Part shown: positions 52,459 through 62,627 of the stretch, one piece after another | Numbering within the stretch: position 1 is the stretch's first letter | Layout of the letters: every line of letters starts with the position of its first letter | Sequence record: MW218148.1 | DNA: 64,000 nt | Strand: one strand, 5' to 3' | Notes under the pieces: generated by a model | What the model saw: only the letters and a program-made list of their open reading frames with translations | Told to the model about the DNA's origin: nothing | Databases searched by the model: none | Made by a program: the position numbers and the translations under genes

Positions 52459-54327
52459 ATGTTAAGTAAAAGTTATTCAGATTTAGTAGAATTAATAAAG
52501 TTAAGAGGAAAAAATGAAATAAGTATCGATAAGATATTCGAATTTAAAGATGACAGTTTAAAAGAAAGAATGGAGTTCAACTATAAAGAGATAATTGATG
52601 AATTGAATAATTTGTCTTCTAATGAAATAGAAGAATTGTATTTAGAAATAAAAGATGATATGGATGATTACGGCAGTTATTTAATTAGTGAAAGCGTCTT
52701 AGATAATTTGATTCGTAAGACTTCAGACGATGATAAAAAAGAATTACTATCGAATATTAAAGGAACACTTACAGATAAAATAAAATATCATCATTTTGAT
52801 AGACTAAATGAAGATATCATGGGAAATTATATTAAAGAGAATAAGTTAGATATAACTCAATTTAGTATATTAATACCTTCTCTAATCATTAATGGATATG
52901 ATGTTAATATAAAAGATAATGTAACAAACCTGAGCTTAGATGAATTCACAAAAAGAATCGTATATCCATATTTTCAATTGATGTATATAGCTAAAAATAA
53001 TTTAGATAAAGTAACGATAAAAGGTTTAAATAAGACAATAAATGAATATTTCATTGATATTGCTAAAACATATGTTGACTATTTAATTGATTATGGATAT
53101 AAAAAAGAAATCAACGAATTATTAAATATGATTATTGGTGATCAAAAATACAGATTAGGTAATGATTATATAAATTATAGAATTGGTTCGGAAAATCAAT
53201 TAGTTGAATTATTCTTTAATATAAACTTTGAAAAATTAAAAACAAGTATGTTTAGATTAGTAATGAATTTAATGGAACACAGTTCTAAAAAAGATATTAA
53301 AGAATTAAATAATAAGGATTTATATAAACATTTCATGTTAATGAATACTTTAGAGGATGATGACATACCTGATTACTTGAAGTTTATATTTGACCCGGAT
53401 CATTTAGATTACAGTAAAAGAAATCTTTTCACTATATTCCCATACAGCAAAGTATCGGGAGATGCTCGATACATGAATAATTTATTGGGAATATATCTAT
53501 ATGATAGTTTTATAAATGATACTAAGATAAATAACAAAATGAGATTGAATACAAATAGATCTTTAAAGTTAAGTGCAACGATTACTAATAAATCATGCGA
53601 TATCAAATATAAAAAGTATTATATAATTTTGGATAAATATTTCTATGATCCAAGTAATCTGTCTCATAAGGAATACGTGACATCGAATTTTTTAATAGAC
53701 CTTATACATGCTAAAGATATTAATTCAGTAAAAATAGTGATCAACAGATATAAAGATAATCCCGTATACACTAAATTATTATGCGAAGAATTTAAAGATG
53801 TAATTAATGCAGGAATAAAGCTTAATACGCTATCAGTATTTGGCGAAAAAGGAATCAATAAGGTCAATATAATTGATTTAAAACCTAGCAACTTAGTAAG
53901 TCCATTGTTATTTAAAACAGACAGTCAAGACTATGAATTGAAAGTTGATCTTTTGAAGGATTTATATAAAGAATTCGATTATGATTATGAAATTAAATTC
54001 AGTAATTATCATTTTAAAGATCTTAATGAATACTTTGAGTCTAGAGTTAATTTGAGATTATTAAAAGAATTAGATATTGAGTTAGATACGACTATTAAGT
54101 ATGATAAACTTCCAGAAAAAATAATAAGCTTCATAAATGATAAATTGAGAGGATTTATGGAAAACACTATCTTAATAATATCATATGATAACTTCAATAT
54201 TACAAAATTGACAATAAATCAATTTGTTAATGGTTTATGTGATTATTTGGGTCAATTCTTCCCAGATGAATCTGATAAATTAAGAAAGACTTTTAGAACG
54301 GAATTGGTTAAAAATGTATTTAGATAA
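52459..54327 (+). CDS. Large hypothetical protein with shared C-terminal motif
   Basis: 622 aa; ends FRTELVKNVFR. Confidence 0.75.
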   Translation: MLSKSYSDLVELIKLRGKNEISIDKIFEFKDDSLKERMEFNYKEIIDELNNLSSNEIEELYLEIKDDMDDYGSYLISESVLDNLIRKTSDDDKKELLSNIKGTLTDKIKYHHFDRLNEDIMGNYIKENKLDITQFSILIPSLIINGYDVNIKDNVTNLSLDEFTKRIVYPYFQLMYIAKNNLDKVTIKGLNKTINEYFIDIAKTYVDYLIDYGYKKEINELLNMIIGDQKYRLGNDYINYRIGSENQLVELFFNINFEKLKTSMFRLVMNLMEHSSKKDIKELNNKDLYKHFMLMNTLEDDDIPDYLKFIFDPDHLDYSKRNLFTIFPYSKVSGDARYMNNLLGIYLYDSFINDTKINNKMRLNTNRSLKLSATITNKSCDIKYKKYYIILDKYFYDPSNLSHKEYVTSNFLIDLIHAKDINSVKIVINRYKDNPVYTKLLCEEFKDVINAGIKLNTLSVFGEKGINKVNIIDLKPSNLVSPLLFKTDSQDYELKVDLLKDLYKEFDYDYEIKFSNYHFKDLNEYFESRVNLRLLKELDIELDTTIKYDKLPEKIISFINDKLRGFMENTILIISYDNFNITKLTINQFVNGLCDYLGQFFPDESDKLRKTFRTELVKNVFR

Positions 54328-54342
54328 AAGGAGAGATTATAA

Positions 54343-54927
54343 ATGGGAAATATAGATTTAGTAAATATACTCGGATTAGATAAACTTGCATACAATAAAA
54401 AAGATGTAATGAGATTAATAAAAGATCAGGAGTTTGATACGATTAAGTATTTGATGGAGGAAAGTAAAACTGAAGAAGAACTAATGTTGAATGGTTTAAC
54501 TACTTATGAAGTTATTCTTCATAGAGAAGATTATAATATAAATTTACTTAGAAAAGCAGATAGTCTTGTTGATCTTCTCGACAAGACTATTGATCATTAT
54601 TTATTGGAGCATTTGTTATTTTTAAGTAATAAAGGTTCAGATAAGAATCATCATTTATTAAGTAATTTAGATGAAATTATGAATAGTAAGGAATCTAGTT
54701 ACCCAAATATGTCTGAACTTGATAAGTTTGACATACGTAAGAGTGGAAATAAGTTCTTTGCTTATATTAATACTTCAGACAATAAGAAATTATTTATAAC
54801 ATTTGACAATTATGCTGAAGCTTTAGTGGGATTGGTAGAGAGACACAAATCCTTCTTTGGTGAAGAAAAATTTAATGCTCTTAAAAAAGCGTATAGGAAC
54901 TATTTTATAAACAAAAATTTTAGTTAA
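54343..54927 (+). CDS. Hypothetical protein with shared C-terminal motif
   Basis: 194 aa; ends YRNYFINKNFS. Confidence 0.75.
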   Translation: MGNIDLVNILGLDKLAYNKKDVMRLIKDQEFDTIKYLMEESKTEEELMLNGLTTYEVILHREDYNINLLRKADSLVDLLDKTIDHYLLEHLLFLSNKGSDKNHHLLSNLDEIMNSKESSYPNMSELDKFDIRKSGNKFFAYINTSDNKKLFITFDNYAEALVGLVERHKSFFGEEKFNALKKAYRNYFINKNFS

Positions 54928-54944
54928 ATTTAGGAGTGATATAA

Positions 54945-55619
54945 ATGGATGAAAAGACAAAAATTGAAATCGAACTAGTTGATTACTTAAATAAAGAAGA
55001 TTTAATGAAATCATACTATAAAGAAATAAGTGAAGAAGAAAAAGCAGAGAGATTATTACCATTAATCATGATGCAAGAAAAAGAGCAAGATGAAAGTAAG
55101 GTGTTCGAAAATATAAGAAGGTATGAAGTATTATTATTAGTTACTTTCCAGCTTGCGTTGAATGGTAAATTGAACTCTGATAAACTTCTTAAGATTATTG
55201 AATACTACAAAGAAAAGAATTTGATAAGTGGAGTGCTATCTAGCTTTAGCCACAATATCAAAATATATAATAGATACTCAAATGACAACGATTTAATAAA
55301 TTCAAATTTGTTTATTATATTTGACACGCTTGTAGATTATATTAAAACTATCGACAATGAAATGATTAATGGTTTATCACTTAATTTTATATTAGAAGAA
55401 GATGACCTAGATCCAGATACTTTCTTATATAAAGAGAATTCCCTTAAAGAAATTCTTAAAGAGGAAATAGTAAGTATTCAACCAACAAAAAAATTTGCAA
55501 TAAAACATCTTGAAACACGCAATGTTAGATTGTTTAATTTATTGTATCAAGATAATCAATTCAGACAAGTTTTGCCTAAGAAATTACTAAGTAAATACGC
55601 AGCAAAATCATTTAAATAA
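54945..55619 (+). CDS. Hypothetical protein
   Basis: 224 aa; ends KYAAKSFK (partial motif). Confidence 0.75.
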   Translation: MDEKTKIEIELVDYLNKEDLMKSYYKEISEEEKAERLLPLIMMQEKEQDESKVFENIRRYEVLLLVTFQLALNGKLNSDKLLKIIEYYKEKNLISGVLSSFSHNIKIYNRYSNDNDLINSNLFIIFDTLVDYIKTIDNEMINGLSLNFILEEDDLDPDTFLYKENSLKEILKEEIVSIQPTKKFAIKHLETRNVRLFNLLYQDNQFRQVLPKKLLSKYAAKSFK

Positions 55620-55636
55620 AAGGAGATGTAAAGGAT

Positions 55637-56797
55637 ATGAACACACTTTCAATAGAAGAAAAAGACTTACTATTAATAGATAGTAAATATAATAACTTAA
55701 TGGTTAACATGGATAAGATTAAAAATGATAAAAAGTTAATATTTGAAGAATTAATGGATTATTTAGTTAAATTTAATTTTAAAAAATTCTTCAGAGCTAG
55801 AAGTACTTTTTATGAAGAATACGAAGAAAAACTAAAATTATACAAGGCGAATTTGTATAAAATAGCGTTCGTTTATGATGACTTAGTTTTAAATTATCTA
55901 GGTAGATTAGTCATTGAAGAAAGAGATATTAAAGAATTTTTCTCAGATTTCGAAAAAGCTCATGAAACATATGATCGTAAAGACTTTGTAATTGCGGTTT
56001 CTTATCTTAGAATTGTTTATACTTATATAGGTGCTTTATCGGATCCAGAATTAATGGGAGGTTTAGGATCATTATCAGTTCATCCATATGAATATAATAA
56101 AAGATTAATAAAAGAATTTAAAAAGGACAAAGATTTCCTTAATAAAATTTGTGACGAAGACAAATATTATGCAATGAAAATGTCTAAGATGTATTACGAA
56201 CGTGAATCTAAAGATGGTGAAACTAAAGATATCAATTATAATGAATATATAAATTATAAAAATGAAAGAAGAAAAGGTAGTAACAATGGTGTAACGAATT
56301 ATACACTAGGACATAGTACTCACTATTCATTTGTAAAAAAATTTGTTGAAATTGATGATAAATACTCAGATGGATTAATAATAAATCTTATGCTAAATAG
56401 TAACTTTAGAGATATAGTAGATTCATATAATAGAGATTTAATAAATTTATACTATTTAGAGGATAATATTATGGACGATAATACATTTGAAACGAACAAT
56501 GCAACTTTTAATACTCTTATGAAGATAAATGATCTTTATGATTTTGATGTAAATGTGGCTATTAATATCAGTGGAAGAAATCTTCCTGTTTATTTTAACA
56601 ACTATGGAGAATTAATTAAATACTATTTCTTAGATTCAAATGTACTTTCTTTTGAACCATTTGTAGTTGATAATTTTCCGTGTTACATGATGAAGTATAC
56701 TAAGTATGATAAAAAAGATACTGTTAAGTTCTTTAAAGAATTAGTAGATTTTAACAATCAACATAGAAGAATGAATAATTTAGCTTCGGCTTGTTAG
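55637..56797 (+). CDS. Hypothetical protein
   Basis: 386 aa, SD AAGGAGATG. Confidence 0.75.
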   Translation: MNTLSIEEKDLLLIDSKYNNLMVNMDKIKNDKKLIFEELMDYLVKFNFKKFFRARSTFYEEYEEKLKLYKANLYKIAFVYDDLVLNYLGRLVIEERDIKEFFSDFEKAHETYDRKDFVIAVSYLRIVYTYIGALSDPELMGGLGSLSVHPYEYNKRLIKEFKKDKDFLNKICDEDKYYAMKMSKMYYERESKDGETKDINYNEYINYKNERRKGSNNGVTNYTLGHSTHYSFVKKFVEIDDKYSDGLIINLMLNSNFRDIVDSYNRDLINLYYLEDNIMDDNTFETNNATFNTLMKINDLYDFDVNVAINISGRNLPVYFNNYGELIKYYFLDSNVLSFEPFVVDNFPCYMMKYTKYDKKDTVKFFKELVDFNNQHRRMNNLASAC

Positions 56798-57225
56798 GGA
56801 GGAGAATTTATATAATGTTTTTTAATAGTAAAAATAGAGAGACTAAGGTAAAAGAAAAATTTAGAAATTTGATTCAAGAAAGTATCAATATTGATATTTA
56901 TGATAAAGAAAAGATGAAGGAAAACTCATACCAATATTTTTATGACCCGAAAACTAAATCTATTCCAGCATCGGAATTATTTAATAGAGCTAGAAGTATG
57001 ACTCGTTTAAATTCTAATATACTCATATACGAAAAAACTAGAATTTACAACTCAATGTGGCATAGACATTATGATGAAACTATAACGTTTAGAGATAATG
57101 GAATTGAAGTGACTCTTAAAAGAGTTAATACAAATTTTGGACATTGGATAAGTAGTAGTTTTATTCCATGGAAAGAATATATCAATATTAAAGAATATGA
57201 AAGCGGTGAACGTAATGGAAATTAA
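56791..57225 (+). CDS. Hypothetical protein
   Basis: 144 aa; likely start at the internal ATG after GGGAGGAG. Confidence 0.65.
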   Translation: MLGRRIYIMFFNSKNRETKVKEKFRNLIQESINIDIYDKEKMKENSYQYFYDPKTKSIPASELFNRARSMTRLNSNILIYEKTRIYNSMWHRHYDETITFRDNGIEVTLKRVNTNFGHWISSSFIPWKEYINIKEYESGERNGN

Positions 57226-59194
57226 TAAAAATAATTTAGATGAAGTGAAAAAATATTTAGAAGAGCAATCTTATATATACTATAATACATCAGAAACACC
57301 AGAGTTGACTGATGAAGAGTTTGATAAGATGTTAAAAGAATATGAAAAGTTCCGTCCATTTAATGGCGGAGCTTTACCTTCTAAAGGTAAGAAATTAGTT
57401 GATGTATCTCATGAATATCCAGAACTAGTAGGAACAGTATCTAAAGTCAATTCAGTTGAAGAATTATCTGATTGGATTTACGAGAAAAAACTTAATGGTA
57501 AAGATTTGTTAATCACTCAAAAATATGACGGTAATAGTGTATTAGTAATATTGACTACAAATGGAGATTACTTAGTAACTAAGTCAGCTTTAACTCGTGG
57601 TAAAGACGGTAAAGGCGCTGACTTAACTGAATTCTTTAGTCATATCAAGATTAAGAAAAGTGATGTAGACATTAAAGCAGTTGATTTATCAGAAGATGAT
57701 ATCGATATTGCAATTAAATGTGAAGCAGTGATGAGTTATGATAACTTTAATAAGATTGATGAGGAGTACGCTAATCCAAGATCAATTGTTGCAGGGTTAT
57801 TAAATTCAGATGATGGATATAAGAAACGTAAGTTAATTAATTTATTACCTTTGAGAATTAATATCAGTAATAAAGAATTAACTAGACATGAAGAACTTAA
57901 TTTGATTTCAGCAATTACTAGTCATAGCACTGTATTTGACCAATTAGACCCGCAATATACATTTGTAATGGAAGACGAGCATGATTATAAAGATTTTAAT
58001 GAGCTTTATAATCAAATAGCTTCTGACAGAGAATATTATAAATACATGATTGATGGTCTGGTAATCGAAGCTCTTGATGAAGATGATAGAAATCGTTTAG
58101 GTAGATTAAATGACCGTAATAAGTTTGATGTAGCACTTAAATTCCCATACATGACTAAAAAGACTAATGTTATTGATATTGAATTTGATGTATCTGAAAA
58201 TGGTACTGGTCGTTATACACCTGTAGTTAGATTTGAACCTGTTTATTTTAATGGAGCTAAATGTGAAAGAGTTTCTATTGCTAACTATAAAAGATTTAAA
58301 GAACTTCAATTAGTTAAAGGTCAAGAAGTCATTATCGAGTATCGTAATGATGTTTTAAGTTATTTAACACCATCTCCAACAAATACCGTTAAAGGAGATC
58401 CTATTCCATTCATTGATAAATGTAAATATTGTGGTGAAGAATTAGAAATTAATGAAAATGAAACATTTGTATCTTGTATCAATAATGATTGTGAATGTAG
58501 AGTTCAAGGTATTATCAATAACTTTGTATCTAAAATGAATATTAAAGGTATTGAGTATTCTACTATTGATAAGCTATATAAAGGTAATAAACTTCCTAAT
58601 GGTATTCAATCTCTATATGAAATTGATAAAGATGATATTATGGAAGTTGATACATTCAAAGAAAAATCAGCTCAAAATATTATTAATACCATTCATAAGA
58701 ATAAAGAGTATTATGACTATGATGTATTAGGTTCATTAGGTTTAAATGGTGTAGGTAGAACTACATTTAAATTAGTCACTAAAGTCTATGATCCGCAAGA
58801 AGTTGATTATTCAACTCTATCGATTAAAGATCTAAGTAATATCAAAGGAATCGCTGATATTACTGCTGAGATTATTATTAATGGTTATAAACAGAATAAA
58901 GATTTAATTGAATTCTTATTTAATGAATTGGATGTTAAATCACTTAAAAAAGAAATGGAAGCTAATAAAGATGATTCAGTTGAGCCACTGAATATTGTAT
59001 TTAGTGGATTTAGAGATGCTGAATTTAAAGAACAGTTAGAACTTAAAGGACACAAAGTAACTTCATCAGTTTCAGGTAAGACCGATTTATTAGTTACTCC
59101 AGATCCAAATTCAGGTTCAGTTAAGATTAAGAAAGCTAAAGAAAAAGGTATTGAAATTAATAATTTAGATGAAGCTAAAGCAAAATTATTATAA
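57197..59194 (+). CDS. ligA: NAD-dependent DNA ligase
   Basis: YYN...LTDEEFD, KYDG adenylation motif, TRGKDGKG, NPRSIVAG, IDGLVI, AL-KFP, Cys4 Zn finger, HhH region and BRCT (VFSGF...VSGKTDLLV); the start may be 57215. Confidence 0.95.
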   Translation: MKAVNVMEINKNNLDEVKKYLEEQSYIYYNTSETPELTDEEFDKMLKEYEKFRPFNGGALPSKGKKLVDVSHEYPELVGTVSKVNSVEELSDWIYEKKLNGKDLLITQKYDGNSVLVILTTNGDYLVTKSALTRGKDGKGADLTEFFSHIKIKKSDVDIKAVDLSEDDIDIAIKCEAVMSYDNFNKIDEEYANPRSIVAGLLNSDDGYKKRKLINLLPLRINISNKELTRHEELNLISAITSHSTVFDQLDPQYTFVMEDEHDYKDFNELYNQIASDREYYKYMIDGLVIEALDEDDRNRLGRLNDRNKFDVALKFPYMTKKTNVIDIEFDVSENGTGRYTPVVRFEPVYFNGAKCERVSIANYKRFKELQLVKGQEVIIEYRNDVLSYLTPSPTNTVKGDPIPFIDKCKYCGEELEINENETFVSCINNDCECRVQGIINNFVSKMNIKGIEYSTIDKLYKGNKLPNGIQSLYEIDKDDIMEVDTFKEKSAQNIINTIHKNKEYYDYDVLGSLGLNGVGRTTFKLVTKVYDPQEVDYSTLSIKDLSNIKGIADITAEIIINGYKQNKDLIEFLFNELDVKSLKKEMEANKDDSVEPLNIVFSGFRDAEFKEQLELKGHKVTSSVSGKTDLLVTPDPNSGSVKIKKAKEKGIEINNLDEAKAKLL

Positions 59195-59211
59195 TTGAAG
59201 GAGTATATATT

Positions 59212-59535
59212 ATGAAAAAATTATTATTTGTATGTTTAACTGTTCTTAGTTTAGTATTATTTACTGGATGCGAAGGGGATTCTTCTTCTGATAAAGAAGA
59301 AGAATCTAATTCTGGTGAAAAATCAATAAAAATAATAAGAGAAATAGATGGAAATGGAAAAGATCAAGAAACTATTTTTGAACATAAAGGAAATTCTAAG
59401 ATTACTGTTCAAACATATGGAAATGGAAATGAGACATTATTTGTTATAGAATATAAAGGGAAAACTAAAACATTCAAATTAAGCGAGAACGACAGGGTGG
59501 AAATAAATGGAGATGTTAAAATCAATGCAGAATAA
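59212..59535 (+). CDS. Lipoprotein
   Basis: MKKLLFVCLTVLSLVLFTGC lipobox. Confidence 0.75.
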   Translation: MKKLLFVCLTVLSLVLFTGCEGDSSSDKEEESNSGEKSIKIIREIDGNGKDQETIFEHKGNSKITVQTYGNGNETLFVIEYKGKTKTFKLSENDRVEINGDVKINAE

Positions 59536-59541
59536 ATAAGA

Positions 59542-59997
59542 ATGAAGAAGTTAAGGAGGAATTATAAAATGAATGATTTTTTCGACTATTTTGATAATGA
59601 TAGCTTAAGAGATTCAATAAATATTACTCAAGATGGTATAACAGATTACACAACATTTGAATCAAATGGTTATTTAGTTTTAAGAGAGTTATTTTTTAGT
59701 AAAAGCGATTATATAGGTATAGAAGAAGCATATGATGAAATAGATGGAATTGAGAATTATTATGAAGAAGTTATAAAGCCTACCATATCAGATATTATTT
59801 TTGAAGATTATGACGAGGAAAGTATTTTAAGTAAAAAAATGATAGCTATTTTATTAGATGAAAATTTTGCCACTGACTTATGCGCTTTAGTTAAAAATGG
59901 AAATGACTATAAAATTTATAAAAAACAAGAATACGTAACGAAAGCAATTGAAGATATTACTAGAGAATGTGAAGTATTATACTTTAAAAGAAGTTAA
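59542..59997 (+). CDS. Hypothetical protein, paralogue of 62149
   Basis: GYLVLRELFFS...YYEEVIKPTISDIIF shared with 62149. Confidence 0.75.
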   Translation: MKKLRRNYKMNDFFDYFDNDSLRDSINITQDGITDYTTFESNGYLVLRELFFSKSDYIGIEEAYDEIDGIENYYEEVIKPTISDIIFEDYDEESILSKKMIAILLDENFATDLCALVKNGNDYKIYKKQEYVTKAIEDITRECEVLYFKRS

Positions 59998-60010
59998 AGG
60001 AGAACTTTAA

Positions 60011-60466
60011 ATGAGATATTATGAATTCAATACAAGTGGAATGCTAAAAATATTAGAACTTCAAGCGGATAGAATGATGTATGAAAAAGATATCTTTAAA
60101 CAAGAAAAGCTTTATTTAAAAGAAAATGAGTTTATAAAGACAAAAAATTTATTGGTTGATAATGGAAGCATGGACCTTAATTTTAGCATTTATCAAGGTA
60201 GTAAAGAAGACTCAACTATTGAATTTTATTTATCTTTTGAATATAGAATGGGAACTTTCTTAGTTAATTTTGTAGATATAGACTTAAATAAATTTAAAGA
60301 GTATACAATATCTGAAGTTTATAAATATGCAGAAAATTTAGTTTTAAACAAAACATTTAAGTTTAATAGAGACAATGAGAATGATGAATTTAAAGAAAAT
60401 ATACACTATAAGGTAATAACAGAAAAAGAATATAAAGAACATAAAGTGGTAACTAACTTTAGTTAA
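60011..60466 (+). CDS. Hypothetical protein, paralogue family C, with shared C-terminal motif
   Basis: MRYYEFNTSGMLK...; ends YKEHKVVTNFS. Confidence 0.75.
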   Translation: MRYYEFNTSGMLKILELQADRMMYEKDIFKQEKLYLKENEFIKTKNLLVDNGSMDLNFSIYQGSKEDSTIEFYLSFEYRMGTFLVNFVDIDLNKFKEYTISEVYKYAENLVLNKTFKFNRDNENDEFKENIHYKVITEKEYKEHKVVTNFS

Positions 60467-60469
60467 GAA

Positions 60470-60512
60470 TATCCCAATACCTAACTTAAAAGGTATTGGG
60501 ATAATTTTTTTT
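60470..60512 (+). terminator. Intrinsic terminator
   Basis: TATCCCAATACCT/AGGTATTGGGATA followed by a T run. Confidence 0.75.
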
Positions 60513-60666
60513 ACTTAACCTCTATCAAGAGTCCATCTTTCAATTTTAAGATCTTCTAATTGAATTCCAAGATCGACATCTTTAAATATGCATTTTTTAA
60601 GAAATGGAGCGAATATATAAAATATTATAGTAAAAAATACATTTAGATAGGTGGGATAAATAATTT

Positions 60667-61116
60667 ATGGAAAAATATTATAAATTGACAGCCGAAGGCA
60701 TATTTGATGCTTTCAAATTAAATAAAAAATACATCATATTCCCTGAAGATAAAAATACAATAATAGATTTCAGATCAGGGAAAGAAAGTATAGAGAAAAT
60801 TAATGAACTCATATACTTTAAAGACAATCAAGAAATAACAATAAACTCACTAGCTAATTTAACGAATAATATAGAAATCGATAAATCAGGCGCTAAATAT
60901 AATTTTAACCGTTTAATAAAAATATCATTCACTACTTTTAGACATGAAAAAAGATATAACAAATTGGTTAGTATACCGAATGTATTTGAAGGAACTATAA
61001 GAACAAAAAATGGTATAAGTGCCTTAGATATGCCATTAGATATCAACAATATTGATAAAATAGAATTAACATTTAAAGAGTATAGGGATCTAGTAATAAA
61101 AGAAACTTTTAAATAG
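60667..61116 (+). CDS. Hypothetical protein, paralogue family C, with shared C-terminal motif
   Basis: MEKYYKLTAEG...; ends YRDLVIKETFK. Confidence 0.75.
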   Translation: MEKYYKLTAEGIFDAFKLNKKYIIFPEDKNTIIDFRSGKESIEKINELIYFKDNQEITINSLANLTNNIEIDKSGAKYNFNRLIKISFTTFRHEKRYNKLVSIPNVFEGTIRTKNGISALDMPLDINNIDKIELTFKEYRDLVIKETFK

Positions 61117-61130
61117 GGGATTATATAATT

Positions 61131-61592
61131 ATGAAATACTATAAAATGAATAAAAAAGGTTATATTAAATTCTTAGGGTTAGATAATATGGTGAATAGAA
61201 ACACAAATACTGAAAATTCTATAATGAAAGAAAATTTTGTTATAACTAAAATATCAAATAAAGACTTTTCAGAAGATCTACTATTTAGTTCAGATGAAAT
61301 AAATAAAATTAAGAATAGTGATGTTTATTACAAGTTTAATATAAAACAATTAGACCAAATAGTTGATAATGAAATTTATAAAAACCCAATAGCATTTGTT
61401 AACAGAGATTATAAAGGCACAAGGTCAATATTATTAATTGAATTGAAACCTAAAAACAATAAAGAGATATTTATTCAGACAATCATTACTGCAAATATAA
61501 TATTCTTAGAAGAAAAGCCAGATCTTATATACTTTGATGAGATATCAAAAAATGAATTTAAAACAAAAATTGTTAGAAATACGTTTAAATAA
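61131..61592 (+). CDS. Hypothetical protein, paralogue family C, with shared C-terminal motif
   Basis: MKYYKMNKKGYIKFLGLDNM...NPIAFVNRDY; ends FKTKIVRNTFK. Confidence 0.78.
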   Translation: MKYYKMNKKGYIKFLGLDNMVNRNTNTENSIMKENFVITKISNKDFSEDLLFSSDEINKIKNSDVYYKFNIKQLDQIVDNEIYKNPIAFVNRDYKGTRSILLIELKPKNNKEIFIQTIITANIIFLEEKPDLIYFDEISKNEFKTKIVRNTFK

Positions 61593-61598
61593 AAAGGA

Positions 61599-62060
61599 TT
61601 GATTTTTACTATGAAATATTATAAATTAAATAAAGATGGTTATATTAAATTTTTAGGATTAGATAATATGCATGGAATTAACAACCCAAGTATTGAAAAA
61701 GAAATAAAAAATAAAAACTTCATTGTCAAATATTGTAATGGAGCGGATTTTTGTTTTACATTAGATGAAATTAATAAAATGAAAAACAAAGATATTTACC
61801 CTAAACTTGGATATGAAAGTCTAACTGAAAAAGTTAATCATGAAATAGAAAATAATCCAATAGTATTTGTTAATAGAAAATATGAAGATGCTAGATCTTT
61901 AATGCATGTAGATTTAATTATTAATAATGAAGAAGTTACAATAATGGCTATGGCAAAATTTAATATTAATTTTTTAAATGATAATTTGTATATGGAATAC
62001 TTTGATGAAATAACAGAGAAGCAGTATAAAAATATTATAGTAAGTGATTCATTTAAGTAA
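61599..62060 (+). CDS. Hypothetical protein, paralogue family C, with shared C-terminal motif
   Basis: MKYYKLNKDGYIKFLGLDNM...NPIVFVNRKY; ends YKNIIVSDSFK; likely start 61611. Confidence 0.78.
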   Translation: MIFTMKYYKLNKDGYIKFLGLDNMHGINNPSIEKEIKNKNFIVKYCNGADFCFTLDEINKMKNKDIYPKLGYESLTEKVNHEIENNPIVFVNRKYEDARSLMHVDLIINNEEVTIMAMAKFNINFLNDNLYMEYFDEITEKQYKNIIVSDSFK

Positions 62061-62070
62061 AATTTTATTT

Positions 62071-62117
62071 AAATATATATTATAAAAATGAGAAGATATA
62101 TGAACTTTATATATCTT
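62071..62117 (+). promoter_or_regulatory. Putative phage (early-type) promoter plus 5' hairpin
   Basis: AAATATATATTAT followed by AGAAGATATA-TGAACTT-TATATCTTCT. Confidence 0.65.
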
Positions 62118-62148
62118 CTTAAATTTATAATATGGAGGTGAAATAGAT

Positions 62149-62574
62149 ATGAGTGATTTATTTGACAGATTTGAAAGATATCTTTTAAATGACGCCATTG
62201 ATATGACAAATTCTTTTAAAGGATCTCATAACGGGTATCTGGTTTTAAGAGAAATATTTTTTAGTAATAAACCAGACGTTAATTTTGAACAAGCATATTG
62301 TGAAATAATTGAAGTGAATGATTACTATGAAGAAGTAATAAAACCTAGTATTTCGGATATTGTATTCTATGAAGAAGATGGAAAAAGATATATAAAAAAG
62401 CAGATGGTATTAAACTTATCAAATAAAGAATCTGCTAAAAATATATGTGCTTTAATTAAAGAAAGTGGCGAATATAAAGTGTATGATAAACATACCTATG
62501 TAATAAAAGCAATAAAAGATTTGATACCAGATAAAATTTATAAATCAATAATGATAAGTGAAGCTTTTAAATAA
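62149..62574 (+). CDS. Hypothetical protein, paralogue of 59542, with shared C-terminal motif
   Basis: Ends YKSIMISEAFK. Confidence 0.78.
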   Translation: MSDLFDRFERYLLNDAIDMTNSFKGSHNGYLVLREIFFSNKPDVNFEQAYCEIIEVNDYYEEVIKPSISDIVFYEEDGKRYIKKQMVLNLSNKESAKNICALIKESGEYKVYDKHTYVIKAIKDLIPDKIYKSIMISEAFK

Positions 62575-62627
62575 TTTTAGGAATTAGATGCAACTTCTAT
62601 TTATATTAGAATATAGGAAGTTGGTGT

